Shown here: piece by piece, positions 19,134-28,548 of the stretch
Layout: the number at the start of each line of letters is the position of its first letter
Position numbering within the stretch: the first letter of the stretch is position 1
Assembly (NCBI GenBank): GCA_043736905.1
Contig: JAYTBQ010000011.1
Coordinates: 1-45,152 of the forward strand
Source of the DNA: Minisyncoccota bacterium
GTDB lineage: Bacteria > Patescibacteriota > Minisyncoccia > Phycocordibacterales > UBA5272
Direction: 5' to 3'
Length of the DNA: 45,152 nt
Notes under the pieces: generated by a model
The model's input: only the letters and a program-made list of their open reading frames with translations
Told to the model about the DNA's origin: nothing
The model's database searches: none
Position numbers and translations under genes: made by a program

Positions 19134-19916
19134 TTATTTAGACTTAAGTGTTTGCCATGCCTTATCAAAATCTGCATTCGTCTCAATAGTACGCTGACTA
19201 AAAAGTTTTGCTTCAAGGGTTGCAGGCTGAATTGTAACGATGTTAGCGCCTGCTGCAAAAGCATCACCAATCTGACCTACATTTCTGATGCTACCGACAA
19301 CAAGCTTAGGAACAGAGTATCCGCCTTTCTCTAAAAATTCTACAATTGCTTGAGTAATTTTAGAGGGATGACTATTAACCTCCGCAGGTATTCCCATAAT
19401 CTCATTATTCTTAATAAACTCTTTATCAGATCGATATTTCTGATGATCCTCAATACTACGAGCCCAGAAGAGGCTAATAAATGAAGGTGACGGATGATTG
19501 CGAATAGCAAGAGCAGCGATAACAAGCTGCTCATAGGTCATCATTGCGGTTACGTTTACTGGAATTTTTAAATCTCCTAGTTTCTTAATAACAATAAGAC
19601 TTTTAATATCTCCTGGTATAAGTGGGACTTTTACGACAATATTATCTCCAAGTTCTCTGTACTTCTTTGCTTCACTAATCATTTCTTCAACAGAAGCTGT
19701 ACTATCACTTAGTTCAATCGAGACAGGTTTACCTTTCATGATTTTACAGATAGCCTTAATCGTAGGCTTGAGCTGCTTAAGTGTAATTCCGTCCTTAAGC
19801 ATAATACTCTGATTAGTTGTAACACCATCAATGATGCCTGTCTTGCTCCATTTTTCAATCTCTTTAATGCTTGACGAATCCAAAAAAATACTACGATTAA
19901 AATCTAATTTTTTCAT
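19134..19916 (-). CDS. transaldolase / fructose-6-phosphate aldolase family protein (TalC/FSA-like)
   Basis: FLDSSSIKEIEKW, IDGVTTNQS (family GVTTNPS), VVKVP (Schiff-base Lys context). The ORF-track start at 19952 is TTG; ATG at 19916 (MKKLDFNRSIFLDSS) is preferred. Confidence 0.75.
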   Translation of the reverse strand: MKKLDFNRSIFLDSSSIKEIEKWSKTGIIDGVTTNQSIMLKDGITLKQLKPTIKAICKIMKGKPVSIELSDSTASVEEMISEAKKYRELGDNIVVKVPLIPGDIKSLIVIKKLGDLKIPVNVTAMMTYEQLVIAALAIRNHPSPSFISLFWARSIEDHQKYRSDKEFIKNNEIMGIPAEVNSHPSKITQAIVEFLEKGGYSVPKLVVGSIRNVGQIGDAFAAGANIVTIQPATLEAKLFSQRTIETNADFDKAWQTLKSK

Positions 19917-20012
19917 TTTGTTGATTAGTGTGTATCTTAATATATAAAGCAATGATAACCACGTTCTTATAGTATACTACAAAAATCACAACAACAAATT
20001 TGCTTGATATTC

Positions 20013-21344
20013 ATGAAAAAAGCCCTATTTTTAGACCGAGATGGTATCATAAATCAACTTGTTAAAGATTCCTATGGGATCTTAAAATCACCAGGAAACA
20101 GAGATTCTGTCCGTTTAATGGATGGGATTGTGCAAATAATTCGATGGGCAAATAATAAAAATATCCCTACTATTGAAATCACAAATCAGCCCGATGTAGC
20201 TAAGGGTACACTTACTTTGGAAGAGCTAGATAGTATTGAGGAACAGATTCATTGCTTATTAAAAAGTGAAGGGGCTCATATTGATTATTCTTATAGATGT
20301 CTTCACCATATAAACGCAGATATACCTATGTATAAAAAGATATGCTCATGCAGAAAACCAGAGCCAGGGATGCTTCTACAGGCAAGCAAGGATCACTCAA
20401 TAGATCTTTCAAAAAGTTTTTTCCTCGGAGACAACTTAACTGATATCGAGGCCGGTTATACAGCTGGATGTAAAACAATACTCTTTCCGTATAACAAACA
20501 TCCAAACGACACCCCTGAGAGACTTAAAAAAAATAAAGCATACTGTTCTACAAAAATCATTAACTCATTAAATGAAGTGGTGCCATTTCTTAGTTCTGAA
20601 TGGAGTATTTCTGAGAAACTTATAGCAATAATTGTTGCAGGAGGAAGGGGTGAAAGATTAAGACCTCTTACAGAATCAGTCCCAAAACCGATGGTTCAGG
20701 TTGGAGGAAAACCTATTCTATTACATACAATTGAATTACTTAAAAGTTACGGGGTGCGTGATTTTGTACTTGCGCTATGTTATCTCCCTGAGGTGATTAA
20801 AGAATATTTTGGTGATGGCTCTCATTTTGGTGTATCAATTAGATATACATTTGAGGACCCTCTTCATCCACTCGGAACAGCGGGGGCAATAGTTCCAGCA
20901 AAACCCTTCATTCATTCTACATTTATTGTGACATACGCAGATATTATAAGAGAAATGGATATTCTAAAAATGATCCAGTTTCATAAAGAGAACAAAAGTA
21001 CCGCGACACTCCACGCATATAACAATGTGAGTAGTACTTTTAAAAGTACTCTCATTTTTAATGAGGATAAACGATTACTTACTTTTACTGAAAATGAAAG
21101 TAAAGAACAAAGAAATGATAGAGATATCTGGTCAAATGGTTCATTGTATATCTTTGAGCCGGGTATTTTTAAGTATATCCACAATAAAAAAAAGACTGAT
21201 TTTGCAAAAGATGTTTTTCAAAAAATGCTAACTGAGGGAGAAAACATTTCTATCTTCCAAACAAAGGATCAGTATTTTATCGATATAGGTACGATTGATA
21301 AACTTGAGCAAGCAGAAAAACACCACACTAACTATAAGAGCTGA
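20013..21344 (+). CDS. bifunctional D,D-heptose 1,7-bisphosphate phosphatase (GmhB, HAD) / D-glycero-alpha-D-manno-heptose 1-phosphate guanylyltransferase (HddC-like) fusion
   Basis: N-terminal half: FLDRDGIIN, CSCRKPEPGML, GDNLTDIEAG (GmhB/HisB-type HAD). C-terminal half: IIVAGGRGERLRPLTESVPKPMVQVGGKPIL (sugar-1-P nucleotidyltransferase). ATG 20013 is preferred over TTG 20004. Confidence 0.8.
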   Translation: MKKALFLDRDGIINQLVKDSYGILKSPGNRDSVRLMDGIVQIIRWANNKNIPTIEITNQPDVAKGTLTLEELDSIEEQIHCLLKSEGAHIDYSYRCLHHINADIPMYKKICSCRKPEPGMLLQASKDHSIDLSKSFFLGDNLTDIEAGYTAGCKTILFPYNKHPNDTPERLKKNKAYCSTKIINSLNEVVPFLSSEWSISEKLIAIIVAGGRGERLRPLTESVPKPMVQVGGKPILLHTIELLKSYGVRDFVLALCYLPEVIKEYFGDGSHFGVSIRYTFEDPLHPLGTAGAIVPAKPFIHSTFIVTYADIIREMDILKMIQFHKENKSTATLHAYNNVSSTFKSTLIFNEDKRLLTFTENESKEQRNDRDIWSNGSLYIFEPGIFKYIHNKKKTDFAKDVFQKMLTEGENISIFQTKDQYFIDIGTIDKLEQAEKHHTNYKS

Positions 21345-21356
21345 ACCCTGTAATGA

Positions 21357-22061
21357 TTACTTCAATCTAGGATGTGTTGCAAGGAGATGCCAAACAACCG
21401 CCTGGAAAGCTTCAGCAATTGGAGTAATAAACGCCGCTTCACCAACAGGAACCAGAATTGATGTCGTTGCAACCTTTCTTGTATATCCACCATCACGACT
21501 AACAATACCTAAAATAGGAGTACCTAACTCCTTTGCATATTGCAATGCTTTTACAATATTTGTGCTAACATTTTTTTCAACATTACCACCTCCTACAGAT
21601 AATACAAAAATACCATCATTAGCAGTTAAGTTACTAACCTTTAACCAATTACTAAATATAGTATCCCATCCATCATCATTTGCTCGTGCTGTAAGCTCAG
21701 AAACGTTATCAGTAGGTGCGTAAGATTCAATATTTGCAATTTTACGAAAATCGTTAACGGCATGTGAACAATTCCCTGCTGAACCTCCGATACCGAGCAT
21801 GAATAACCTTCCTTTTCGCTTTTTAAGATTAGCTAACTGAGACAATGTTTCATCGATCTCATCAAGATTAAGCGCCTCAGTAACACTTCGTACGTGATTG
21901 AAATAATGTGCTGTATACTCACTTGCCTCTTTACGTTTTTTTTCTTCAAGGAGAAGAGCAATTGCTTCGTCAAGATCTTTCACACTTCCTTGATTTGCGA
22001 TTTTCTTTAAATAGTCTAGCTTATTTCCCTGTTCATTGTTTCTTGCTGTGTTTTGTTCCAT
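21357..22061 (-). CDS. gmhA: sedoheptulose-7-phosphate isomerase (SIS domain, GmhA-like) with N-terminal extension
   Basis: 234 aa. LFMLGIGGSAGNCSHAVNDFRK, LSVGGGN. Confidence 0.8.
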   Translation of the reverse strand: MEQNTARNNEQGNKLDYLKKIANQGSVKDLDEAIALLLEEKKRKEASEYTAHYFNHVRSVTEALNLDEIDETLSQLANLKKRKGRLFMLGIGGSAGNCSHAVNDFRKIANIESYAPTDNVSELTARANDDGWDTIFSNWLKVSNLTANDGIFVLSVGGGNVEKNVSTNIVKALQYAKELGTPILGIVSRDGGYTRKVATTSILVPVGEAAFITPIAEAFQAVVWHLLATHPRLK

Positions 22062-22069
22062 ATCTGATG

Positions 22070-23107
22070 TTAAAAATTAATAAGCACTCTACTTCCTTCA
22101 AAACTAAACCTTACACCCTTCTCCTCTAGGCCAAGCTCTTTCATTTTTTTTCTAAAATCTTTTTTATTTTCTTTTACATAAAAGACAAACCATCCTCCAC
22201 CCCCTGCACCCATAATCTTTCCGCCTAACGCCCCCATCTTCATTGCTTCAGAGTACCAGTGATCAATCTGCGGATTAGATACTTTATCTGACAACGTTTT
22301 TTTTATTCTCCAGTGTTCATCAAAAGTTTTACCGAAACTATCGACATCTCCAGACAAAAGATATTTTTTTGCTTTCTGTCCTAGTTTTTTTATGTCATCC
22401 AATGCTTTTATTTTTTGTACAGTAGTATTATTTTTTTGATCAGCAAGCGCAACCCCTGCATCTCGATACATTCCAGTTCTAAAGTAGAGAAGATTCGACT
22501 CAAGCTCTGCAATTGTATGGAGTGGGATATCAAGTACTTCAGCTGTCACATTACCCTTAGTATCTCTTTCGAAATACTGAATCCCTCCTAGTGCAACAAT
22601 GTACTGATCCTGAGGACCAATGAAATCTCTTTTTAATTTAACACGTTCAATATAAAACGCCTTTTCACCAAGTTGCTCTTTAGAGACTGATTCATTTTTA
22701 TAACAATACAGCGCGTTTAATAGACCAACTTCAAGTGCGCCTGAACCTCCAAGACCGGAACGACCAGAGACTTCAGAAGTAATACTTACACTAATCCCTT
22801 TCTTAACACCTGTATACTCCATACAGGCTTTCACGTACGGATTAGGTATTTTTGTATATGAATCACCTTGCACAGCTTCTTCTCCGTATGAATAACCAAC
22901 AAAATTAGGATCCTCTGTTTTAGTTAATGTGACAACTAGATATCGATTAATTGTTGCACTAATCCATGCTCCGCCTTTCATATTACTGTACCAATCAACA
23001 TCAGTCCCTCCACCGGCAAGGGTTATGCGCATGGGTGTCTCTGTAATAATAATTGCTCGCGCTTGCCTGTTAGGATTTTCTTGTTTTTTTTGAATTAGCT
23101 TTGGCAT
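22070..23107 (-). CDS. hddA: GHMP-family sugar kinase, D-glycero-alpha-D-manno-heptose 7-phosphate kinase (HddA-like)
   Basis: 345 aa. PMRITLAGGGTDVDWY, SGLGGSGALEVG (GHMP motif II), GAGGGGWF. Confidence 0.8.
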   Translation of the reverse strand: MPKLIQKKQENPNRQARAIIITETPMRITLAGGGTDVDWYSNMKGGAWISATINRYLVVTLTKTEDPNFVGYSYGEEAVQGDSYTKIPNPYVKACMEYTGVKKGISVSITSEVSGRSGLGGSGALEVGLLNALYCYKNESVSKEQLGEKAFYIERVKLKRDFIGPQDQYIVALGGIQYFERDTKGNVTAEVLDIPLHTIAELESNLLYFRTGMYRDAGVALADQKNNTTVQKIKALDDIKKLGQKAKKYLLSGDVDSFGKTFDEHWRIKKTLSDKVSNPQIDHWYSEAMKMGALGGKIMGAGGGGWFVFYVKENKKDFRKKMKELGLEEKGVRFSFEGSRVLINF

Positions 23108-23163
23108 TCAGGTAATTTTAACGTATACAGTTTTTAAACACAACAAAAATTTTATACAAAAAG

Positions 23164-24417
23164 TCAATCTTTACTATCTAAAAATCTATTTGAATATAAA
23201 AGTGCCGCCATAGTTGAATAGGCTACAACGGTTGCAAGAGAAACACCAGCTGAACCAAAGTGAGGATATAATAGTATAATTAAACTAATATTAATAATAA
23301 GTCCAAAGATATAGACTACTGATTGTTTGAATTGACGCTGTGTAGCACTATAAATTGAGAAGTAATGAACACAAAGAAACATTCCCGGAATAGATAATGC
23401 ATATACCTGGAGAATAGGTACAGCTTCTTTAAATGAATCTCCATATAAAAGATGAATAAGAAATGGGGCGAAAACAATAATCACAAGGGCAGCGAAAATT
23501 CCTGAGAGGAGATATGTTCGAAAGATAATGTTTAGAGATTTATGCGAACCCTCTTCATTATTACGCACAAAAGAAGCAATTCGAGAAACTAAACTTATAT
23601 GGAGAATACTAATAAAAAAATTGGGTATCTCTGCTATTTTAACTGCCGAAACATAAATACCAAGTGTGTGTGCATTACTTATAGCAGCTAAGATAAGTTG
23701 GTCAACTCTTAAGATAAGTTGCCAAAGTATTAGAACGATAACATGCATTTTTATAGACCATAAAACAGAAAAGGTACTCTGTAGTGTTGGGAAAGGTGTC
23801 TTTGAAAATTCTAAACGGATACTTTTATTTTTTATAAATGAAAAGAAAATAATCACTGCGAACAAAACACCTTCAATTGATGAAACTATAACAAAAGAAA
23901 GTAATGGTGCTTTTAAAAAAACAAGTGTTGCCTTTGCTAAAAAAGCAGCACCTGATGCAAGTATCTGGAAAAAAGCAACTCTTTTTGCTTGCTGTGTAAC
24001 AACCGCATATACTGAAAATCCACTAACTGAACCAAGAACAAATGGGATAAAAACAATTGTAGCGTACAGTGCAACATCGTACTGTAACAACATCCAAGCA
24101 AGCCCAATACCAAAACATGTTATGAAACTTGCAATAATAATCTTATGTCCTGTAAATTTTTTTAATTCAGAAATCTTATTATCACTTTTAGCAATATTCC
24201 AAGTAAAATAAACATCGAGACCTGTTAGCACGGTACTAAAAACTAAGAGATAATTTTGGACAAAACTGTAGATTCCTAGATTTGTAGGCCCAAAGTATCG
24301 AGAAGTTAATAAAACACCAAGAAACGTAAATATTTGGATGAAAAATTGACCAAGAGTGTACCAAGACATCTCTTTTAAAATTGGTCTATTTAAAAAATTC
24401 TTTGTAAGTAACAGCAT
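23164..24417 (-). CDS. wzx: Wzx-type oligosaccharide flippase (MOP superfamily polysaccharide biosynthesis protein)
   Basis: 417 aa with roughly 12 hydrophobic helices throughout, positioned within the glycan operon. Confidence 0.75.
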   Translation of the reverse strand: MLLLTKNFLNRPILKEMSWYTLGQFFIQIFTFLGVLLTSRYFGPTNLGIYSFVQNYLLVFSTVLTGLDVYFTWNIAKSDNKISELKKFTGHKIIIASFITCFGIGLAWMLLQYDVALYATIVFIPFVLGSVSGFSVYAVVTQQAKRVAFFQILASGAAFLAKATLVFLKAPLLSFVIVSSIEGVLFAVIIFFSFIKNKSIRLEFSKTPFPTLQSTFSVLWSIKMHVIVLILWQLILRVDQLILAAISNAHTLGIYVSAVKIAEIPNFFISILHISLVSRIASFVRNNEEGSHKSLNIIFRTYLLSGIFAALVIIVFAPFLIHLLYGDSFKEAVPILQVYALSIPGMFLCVHYFSIYSATQRQFKQSVVYIFGLIINISLIILLYPHFGSAGVSLATVVAYSTMAALLYSNRFLDSKD

Positions 24418-24426
24418 GACAAATAA

Positions 24427-24432
24427 AGTATA
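24427..24432 (-). promoter_or_regulatory. putative -10 box TATACT 9 nt upstream of ATG 24417
   Basis: The minus strand reads ctataTATACTttatttgtcATG. Confidence 0.3.
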
Positions 24433-24494
24433 TATAGGGAGTATGTTACTTATAATACTATCACAATCTGCAACTTTTACAGGGAGAGGGTCTA

Positions 24495-25619
24495 TTACTT
24501 TAGGACATCGTTTTGATCCTGAGTAGACCTAAAAGCTTTTTCAAGTACTGACATATTTACTATTTTCGCCGTTATATCATCCTTTTTACTTATTGAAATA
24601 AGGGTACGAACCATTACTTTTTCACTGGTATGATATTCATCAATTGTTTCACTGTCATTGGAATTAAGAGATTGTAATGAATAAAAATCGAAAACTTTGA
24701 ATCCATACTTAGCGAAAATAGGATTTGTTTTCTCATATACTTTTTGCATATACCTATATTGAGTATGTTTTTTATATTCATTTTCAATACTCTTTGGAGT
24801 TGGAGGGACATAACCAACAACATATATATTCTCATCACGGCAATACTGTAAAAAAGCATCCAATTCTGTCAAAGCCTCAGAAGAAAAAGCACCCTCAGTA
24901 TTCTGGGTTTTTTTTGACGCAATAAACTGTACAGCTCTTTCAATTTTCTTATCACGCTCACCCTCATCTTCATACTGCCTTCCGTAATGGTAACTACCAT
25001 CTCTTCTTGTTCCGCTTCCGGTAATTCTTGCTTGCAACCCCATTGTTTCAAAAGTGTCTTTTGGGTGAATAATATCTTTTACAGAAAATTTATGGAGCAG
25101 GTAATCACTATACACCTTTGACCAGTTTCTACTTATCATATTTCCCACCCTTGTTACTTCACTTATACTCTCAAACTTTTGAGGATTAAATCTGGTATCA
25201 ACTACTAAACTCGAATCGAAATGTAATGGCTCAACAGTAATATAAATTACCTTCGGCTTTATTTTAGTCTGTATAAGAAACTTTCTAAATGACGCTATCT
25301 CACTTACTGTACCCCCTGCGTTATAGAACCTAACCGATGGTTTAAAAAATTCCTTCCTCATTGTAAGAATTTTCGAATTTCCAAGCGCTAAGACATCAGG
25401 ATTGATACGGCTTGCCATCTGGCTTTTATGATACAAGGTTTGGTCACTATATGCAGGACCGTAGACTAATTCCTTTGTCTTATTTTCTTCTAATTGTTTT
25501 TTAAGTATGACAGAAAAAGGTACAAACTCACCAGAAGTGTAGTAAATAAATATCGGAAAACTAAGAAGGGCACAAAAAGGTAGTATTAGAAGTATACTTT
25601 TTTTAAATAAAATATTCAT
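24495..25619 (-). CDS. membrane-anchored DltD/AlgJ/AlgX-like (SGNH-like) acyl-transfer protein, partner of the MBOAT
   Basis: 374 aa from ATG 25619, 4 nt after the MBOAT stop. N-terminal TM helix (ILLILPFCALLSFPIFIYY). LALGNSK (candidate nucleophile Ser) and TIDEYHTSEK (D-x-x-H). Its position immediately downstream of the MBOAT matches the dltB-dltD / algI-algJ arrangement. Confidence 0.6.
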   Translation of the reverse strand: MNILFKKSILLILPFCALLSFPIFIYYTSGEFVPFSVILKKQLEENKTKELVYGPAYSDQTLYHKSQMASRINPDVLALGNSKILTMRKEFFKPSVRFYNAGGTVSEIASFRKFLIQTKIKPKVIYITVEPLHFDSSLVVDTRFNPQKFESISEVTRVGNMISRNWSKVYSDYLLHKFSVKDIIHPKDTFETMGLQARITGSGTRRDGSYHYGRQYEDEGERDKKIERAVQFIASKKTQNTEGAFSSEALTELDAFLQYCRDENIYVVGYVPPTPKSIENEYKKHTQYRYMQKVYEKTNPIFAKYGFKVFDFYSLQSLNSNDSETIDEYHTSEKVMVRTLISISKKDDITAKIVNMSVLEKAFRSTQDQNDVLK

Positions 25620-25623
25620 ACAT

Positions 25624-27114
25624 TTAGAACTGGAAATAAATAAATTCTTGAGCACCAAATATACCAAAGCTTAGAATAGAAAGAATAAGACCGTAATATA
25701 CAAACCAGCGAATGGCAAAGTGATATCTAGCCAAGAACAACCAAAAAGATATCCGTCTTTCTATAAGGTCATAAATAAATACTATCAAAGATGATACGAT
25801 TGCAATAATAACTTCAGATTTAAGAATCAGACCATTAAGTGAAAGGAGATTCTTCCACGTTTGATATTTATATGAATTACTTAAAAAGTCAAATAGACCA
25901 TTCCCTGTGTGAGTAATAATATATATAGCTTGATCAATAGATGTTGCTCTAAAAAAAACCCAGCCAATACACACTAGTGAGAAAGTAAGTAGTACATTAC
26001 AGAATGTACTTAGGCGCTTATTAAGCCCACCGTATACATATATCTTAGGTAAAGGAAACTTTATTCTTTTTCTTATTTCAGCAAAAATAATATACATTCC
26101 AAAAATTCCACCCATGCATACATATGTCCATGACGCACCATGCCATAAACCGCTCACTAAAAACGTAACCAGAGTTACTCCATATAATTTTATTCGACTT
26201 GGCTTTTTTATAGACAGTGCAAGTGGATAATAAAGATAATCTCTTAACCATGTTGAGAGGGAAATGTGCCAACGTCTCCAAAACTCTGCAATTGATTTTG
26301 AAAAATATGGCCGCTCAAAGTTTTCCATAAGCGAAATACCCATTACTTTTGATGCACCTAATGCTATATCTGAATAACCAGAAAAATCACAATAGAGCTG
26401 AATCGCAAAAAAAACCATCGCCATTATGAGAGTTGGTCCATCAAAGGCTTGAGGGTTTGCGTACACCGCATTTACAATAATTGCAAGATTGTCAGCAACA
26501 ACAGTTTTTTTGAAAAATCCCCACGCCATTCTCTTCAAACCAAGTGTGACACCCTCCGGATCAAAGGCATGCGGTGCATGAAACTGATGCAGTAGATTCT
26601 GAGGTCGTTCGATTGGTCCCGCCACAAGTTGAGGATAGTACATAACATAAAGAGCATAAATACCTAAATGCTTCTCTGCTTTTTGTTTCTTTCGGTAAAC
26701 TTCGAACACATAGCTAAGCGCCTGAAACGTATGGAATGATAGACCGATAGGTAAAATGATACTTAATAACGAAAGTGAGTAATTAAAATTAAGCGCCTGC
26801 GCTATTGCATTTATATTCTCAGCAAAAAAGTTAAAATATTTAAAGAAGCCAAGAACTGCTATGTTAGAAATAATACAAGCAAGAAAAATACCCTTCCTGG
26901 CTCGTTCGCTGTAAGAAGAGTCCAGCAAAATACCTGCTACATAATTAACTACTATCGTTGCAAATAATATAAGAATATACTTTGGCACAAAGGCCATATA
27001 AAAATATGAACTTGCAACAAGAAGCATCATCCATCTATATCTATGGGGTAAAAGATAATACAAGGCAGAAACAACAATGAAATAAATAATAAAAGAATAA
27101 GAATTAAAAAGCAT
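25624..27114 (-). CDS. MBOAT-family membrane-bound O-acyltransferase (DltB/AlgI-like)
   Basis: 496 aa. FHTFQALSYVFEVYR, YYPQLVAGPIERP, FWRRWHISLSTWLRDYLYYPL, SGLWHGASW (conserved His). Confidence 0.92.
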   Translation of the reverse strand: MLFNSYSFIIYFIVVSALYYLLPHRYRWMMLLVASSYFYMAFVPKYILILFATIVVNYVAGILLDSSYSERARKGIFLACIISNIAVLGFFKYFNFFAENINAIAQALNFNYSLSLLSIILPIGLSFHTFQALSYVFEVYRKKQKAEKHLGIYALYVMYYPQLVAGPIERPQNLLHQFHAPHAFDPEGVTLGLKRMAWGFFKKTVVADNLAIIVNAVYANPQAFDGPTLIMAMVFFAIQLYCDFSGYSDIALGASKVMGISLMENFERPYFSKSIAEFWRRWHISLSTWLRDYLYYPLALSIKKPSRIKLYGVTLVTFLVSGLWHGASWTYVCMGGIFGMYIIFAEIRKRIKFPLPKIYVYGGLNKRLSTFCNVLLTFSLVCIGWVFFRATSIDQAIYIITHTGNGLFDFLSNSYKYQTWKNLLSLNGLILKSEVIIAIVSSLIVFIYDLIERRISFWLFLARYHFAIRWFVYYGLILSILSFGIFGAQEFIYFQF

Positions 27115-27132
27115 ACTGTTTATATATTTAAT

Positions 27133-27885
27133 CTATTCATACTCTGGGGCTAGTAGCAAGGTTAACTCTGTTTCTTTTGTGATCTGTGAAGGTTGACAAA
27201 GTTCCACTATACTTGTTGCAAGATTTTCTCGGGTAAGAAGTACCTTAGAAACGCTTTTTTGGCGAATAATTTCAACAAAAGCTTGAGGTATACCGCTATT
27301 CATCCCTCCTTCCATAAACCCCGGAGCAACAGAGTATACACGAACACCGGACGGAGCAAGCTCATGCTTAAGCATAACAAGAACCCCCTGAAGGGCGTAC
27401 TTAGCAGGAGTGTAAGCACCTAACGACTGAGCAGCAGCCTCAACAACAACACCAGCAGTCGTAACCCCAATAAGCACACCGTCACCTCTTTCTTTCATTT
27501 TTTTTCCACATGAAGTGAGGAGATTGAAACCTCCAAGTGCTGTTGAAGTAAATTGCAATAACATCTCTTCCTGTGTTGTTTGAATAATTTTTTTTCGCAA
27601 AGGTTTTCCACCTGCCATATGGATACACGCATAAATTATTCCTTCACTTTCCTCTATATCTCTGACTGTCTGATTAACAGAAATTTCGTCATCAAGATGA
27701 CAACAATATGTGGCATGCCCCTCTCCTGGCAATGTCTCTATTATTTTTTTTGCCACCATTAATGAAGAGTTCCTGTGCACCATAATTATTTTCATCCCCT
27801 CTTCTGCAAGTTTTTTTACAAGAAAGGAACCGGCATAGCCAGTACCCCCAGAAATTACAACTATTTTTTTATCGAGAAGTTTCAT
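27133..27885 (-). CDS. SDR-family reductase (FabG/ketoreductase-like)
   Basis: 250 aa. VVISGGTGYAGSFLV and YTPAKYAL (YxxxK). Confidence 0.75.
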   Translation of the reverse strand: MKLLDKKIVVISGGTGYAGSFLVKKLAEEGMKIIMVHRNSSLMVAKKIIETLPGEGHATYCCHLDDEISVNQTVRDIEESEGIIYACIHMAGGKPLRKKIIQTTQEEMLLQFTSTALGGFNLLTSCGKKMKERGDGVLIGVTTAGVVVEAAAQSLGAYTPAKYALQGVLVMLKHELAPSGVRVYSVAPGFMEGGMNSGIPQAFVEIIRQKSVSKVLLTRENLATSIVELCQPSQITKETELTLLLAPEYE

Positions 27886-27898
27886 ACTAATAATTTAT

Positions 27899-28315
27899 TT
27901 ATATTATTTTAACAACGGCACTACCTATCACAACAATAGCATTTTCTTTTTTTATGGTCGTAGTAATTGTTACGAGGGAAGTTGCAACACTTTTGGAAAT
28001 AACCACCCCTTCAACATCAACAGTTTCCCCAATATATACAGGACTTTTAAATGAAAGCTCTTGTTTAAGATATAAACACCTTCTCCCTGGTAGATGCATA
28101 CCAACAAGTTTTGAACAGAGGGAACCAAGAAACATCCCATGGACAACCCTCTTTCCAAAGAAAGTTGTTGCAGCGTAGGCGTCATCCATATGGAGAGGAT
28201 TGAAATCACCACTAAGCTCTGCAAAAATTTGGACATCACTCTCTGATATTTCACGGCTAAATACAGCACGAGAGCCTATCTCTATATTGTTAATGGAAAA
28301 ATCACTAGGAAGCAT
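27899..28315 (-). CDS. MaoC-like hotdog-fold dehydratase
   Basis: 138 aa. FAELSGDFNPLHMDDAYAATTFFGKRVVHGMFL (MaoC hydratase motif). Confidence 0.85.
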   Translation of the reverse strand: MLPSDFSINNIEIGSRAVFSREISESDVQIFAELSGDFNPLHMDDAYAATTFFGKRVVHGMFLGSLCSKLVGMHLPGRRCLYLKQELSFKSPVYIGETVDVEGVVISKSVATSLVTITTTIKKENAIVVIGSAVVKII

Positions 28316-28329
28316 GTATATACCAATTA

Positions 28330-28548
28330 TTATTTACCTTCAACAACTTTACGAATATCACCAAGCGTTTGTGCATTCATTACTTGATCCATACTAAAGG
28401 ATATATTGAATTCTTTCTCTAATTCTGCAACAAAAAGTAAATAATTCATTGAATCCCACTCAGGGATATCTTTTGACGAAAGCGAATCATTGACAGTGCT
28501 TTCATTAATTAAAAAAAGTTCTGATACTATTTGATTAAATGTTTTCAT
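28330..28548 (-). CDS. acyl/peptidyl carrier protein (DltC-sized, 72 aa)
   Basis: PEWDSMNYLLFVAELEKEF, a DS(M/L) phosphopantetheine-attachment serine at the start of helix 2. The start overlaps the FkbH-like stop by 14 nt. Confidence 0.85.
   Translation of the reverse strand: MKTFNQIVSELFLINESTVNDSLSSKDIPEWDSMNYLLFVAELEKEFNISFSMDQVMNAQTLGDIRKVVEGK

Noticed and set aside
23666-24211. 181-aa + strand ORF. Similar antisense or shadow ORFs are at 21295-21723, 34767-35228, 29325-29657, 31711-32058, 40312-40626, 16739-17035 and others.
   Set aside because: All lie entirely inside strongly supported genes on the opposite strand or in another frame. They have no recognisable motifs and are typical shadow ORFs.
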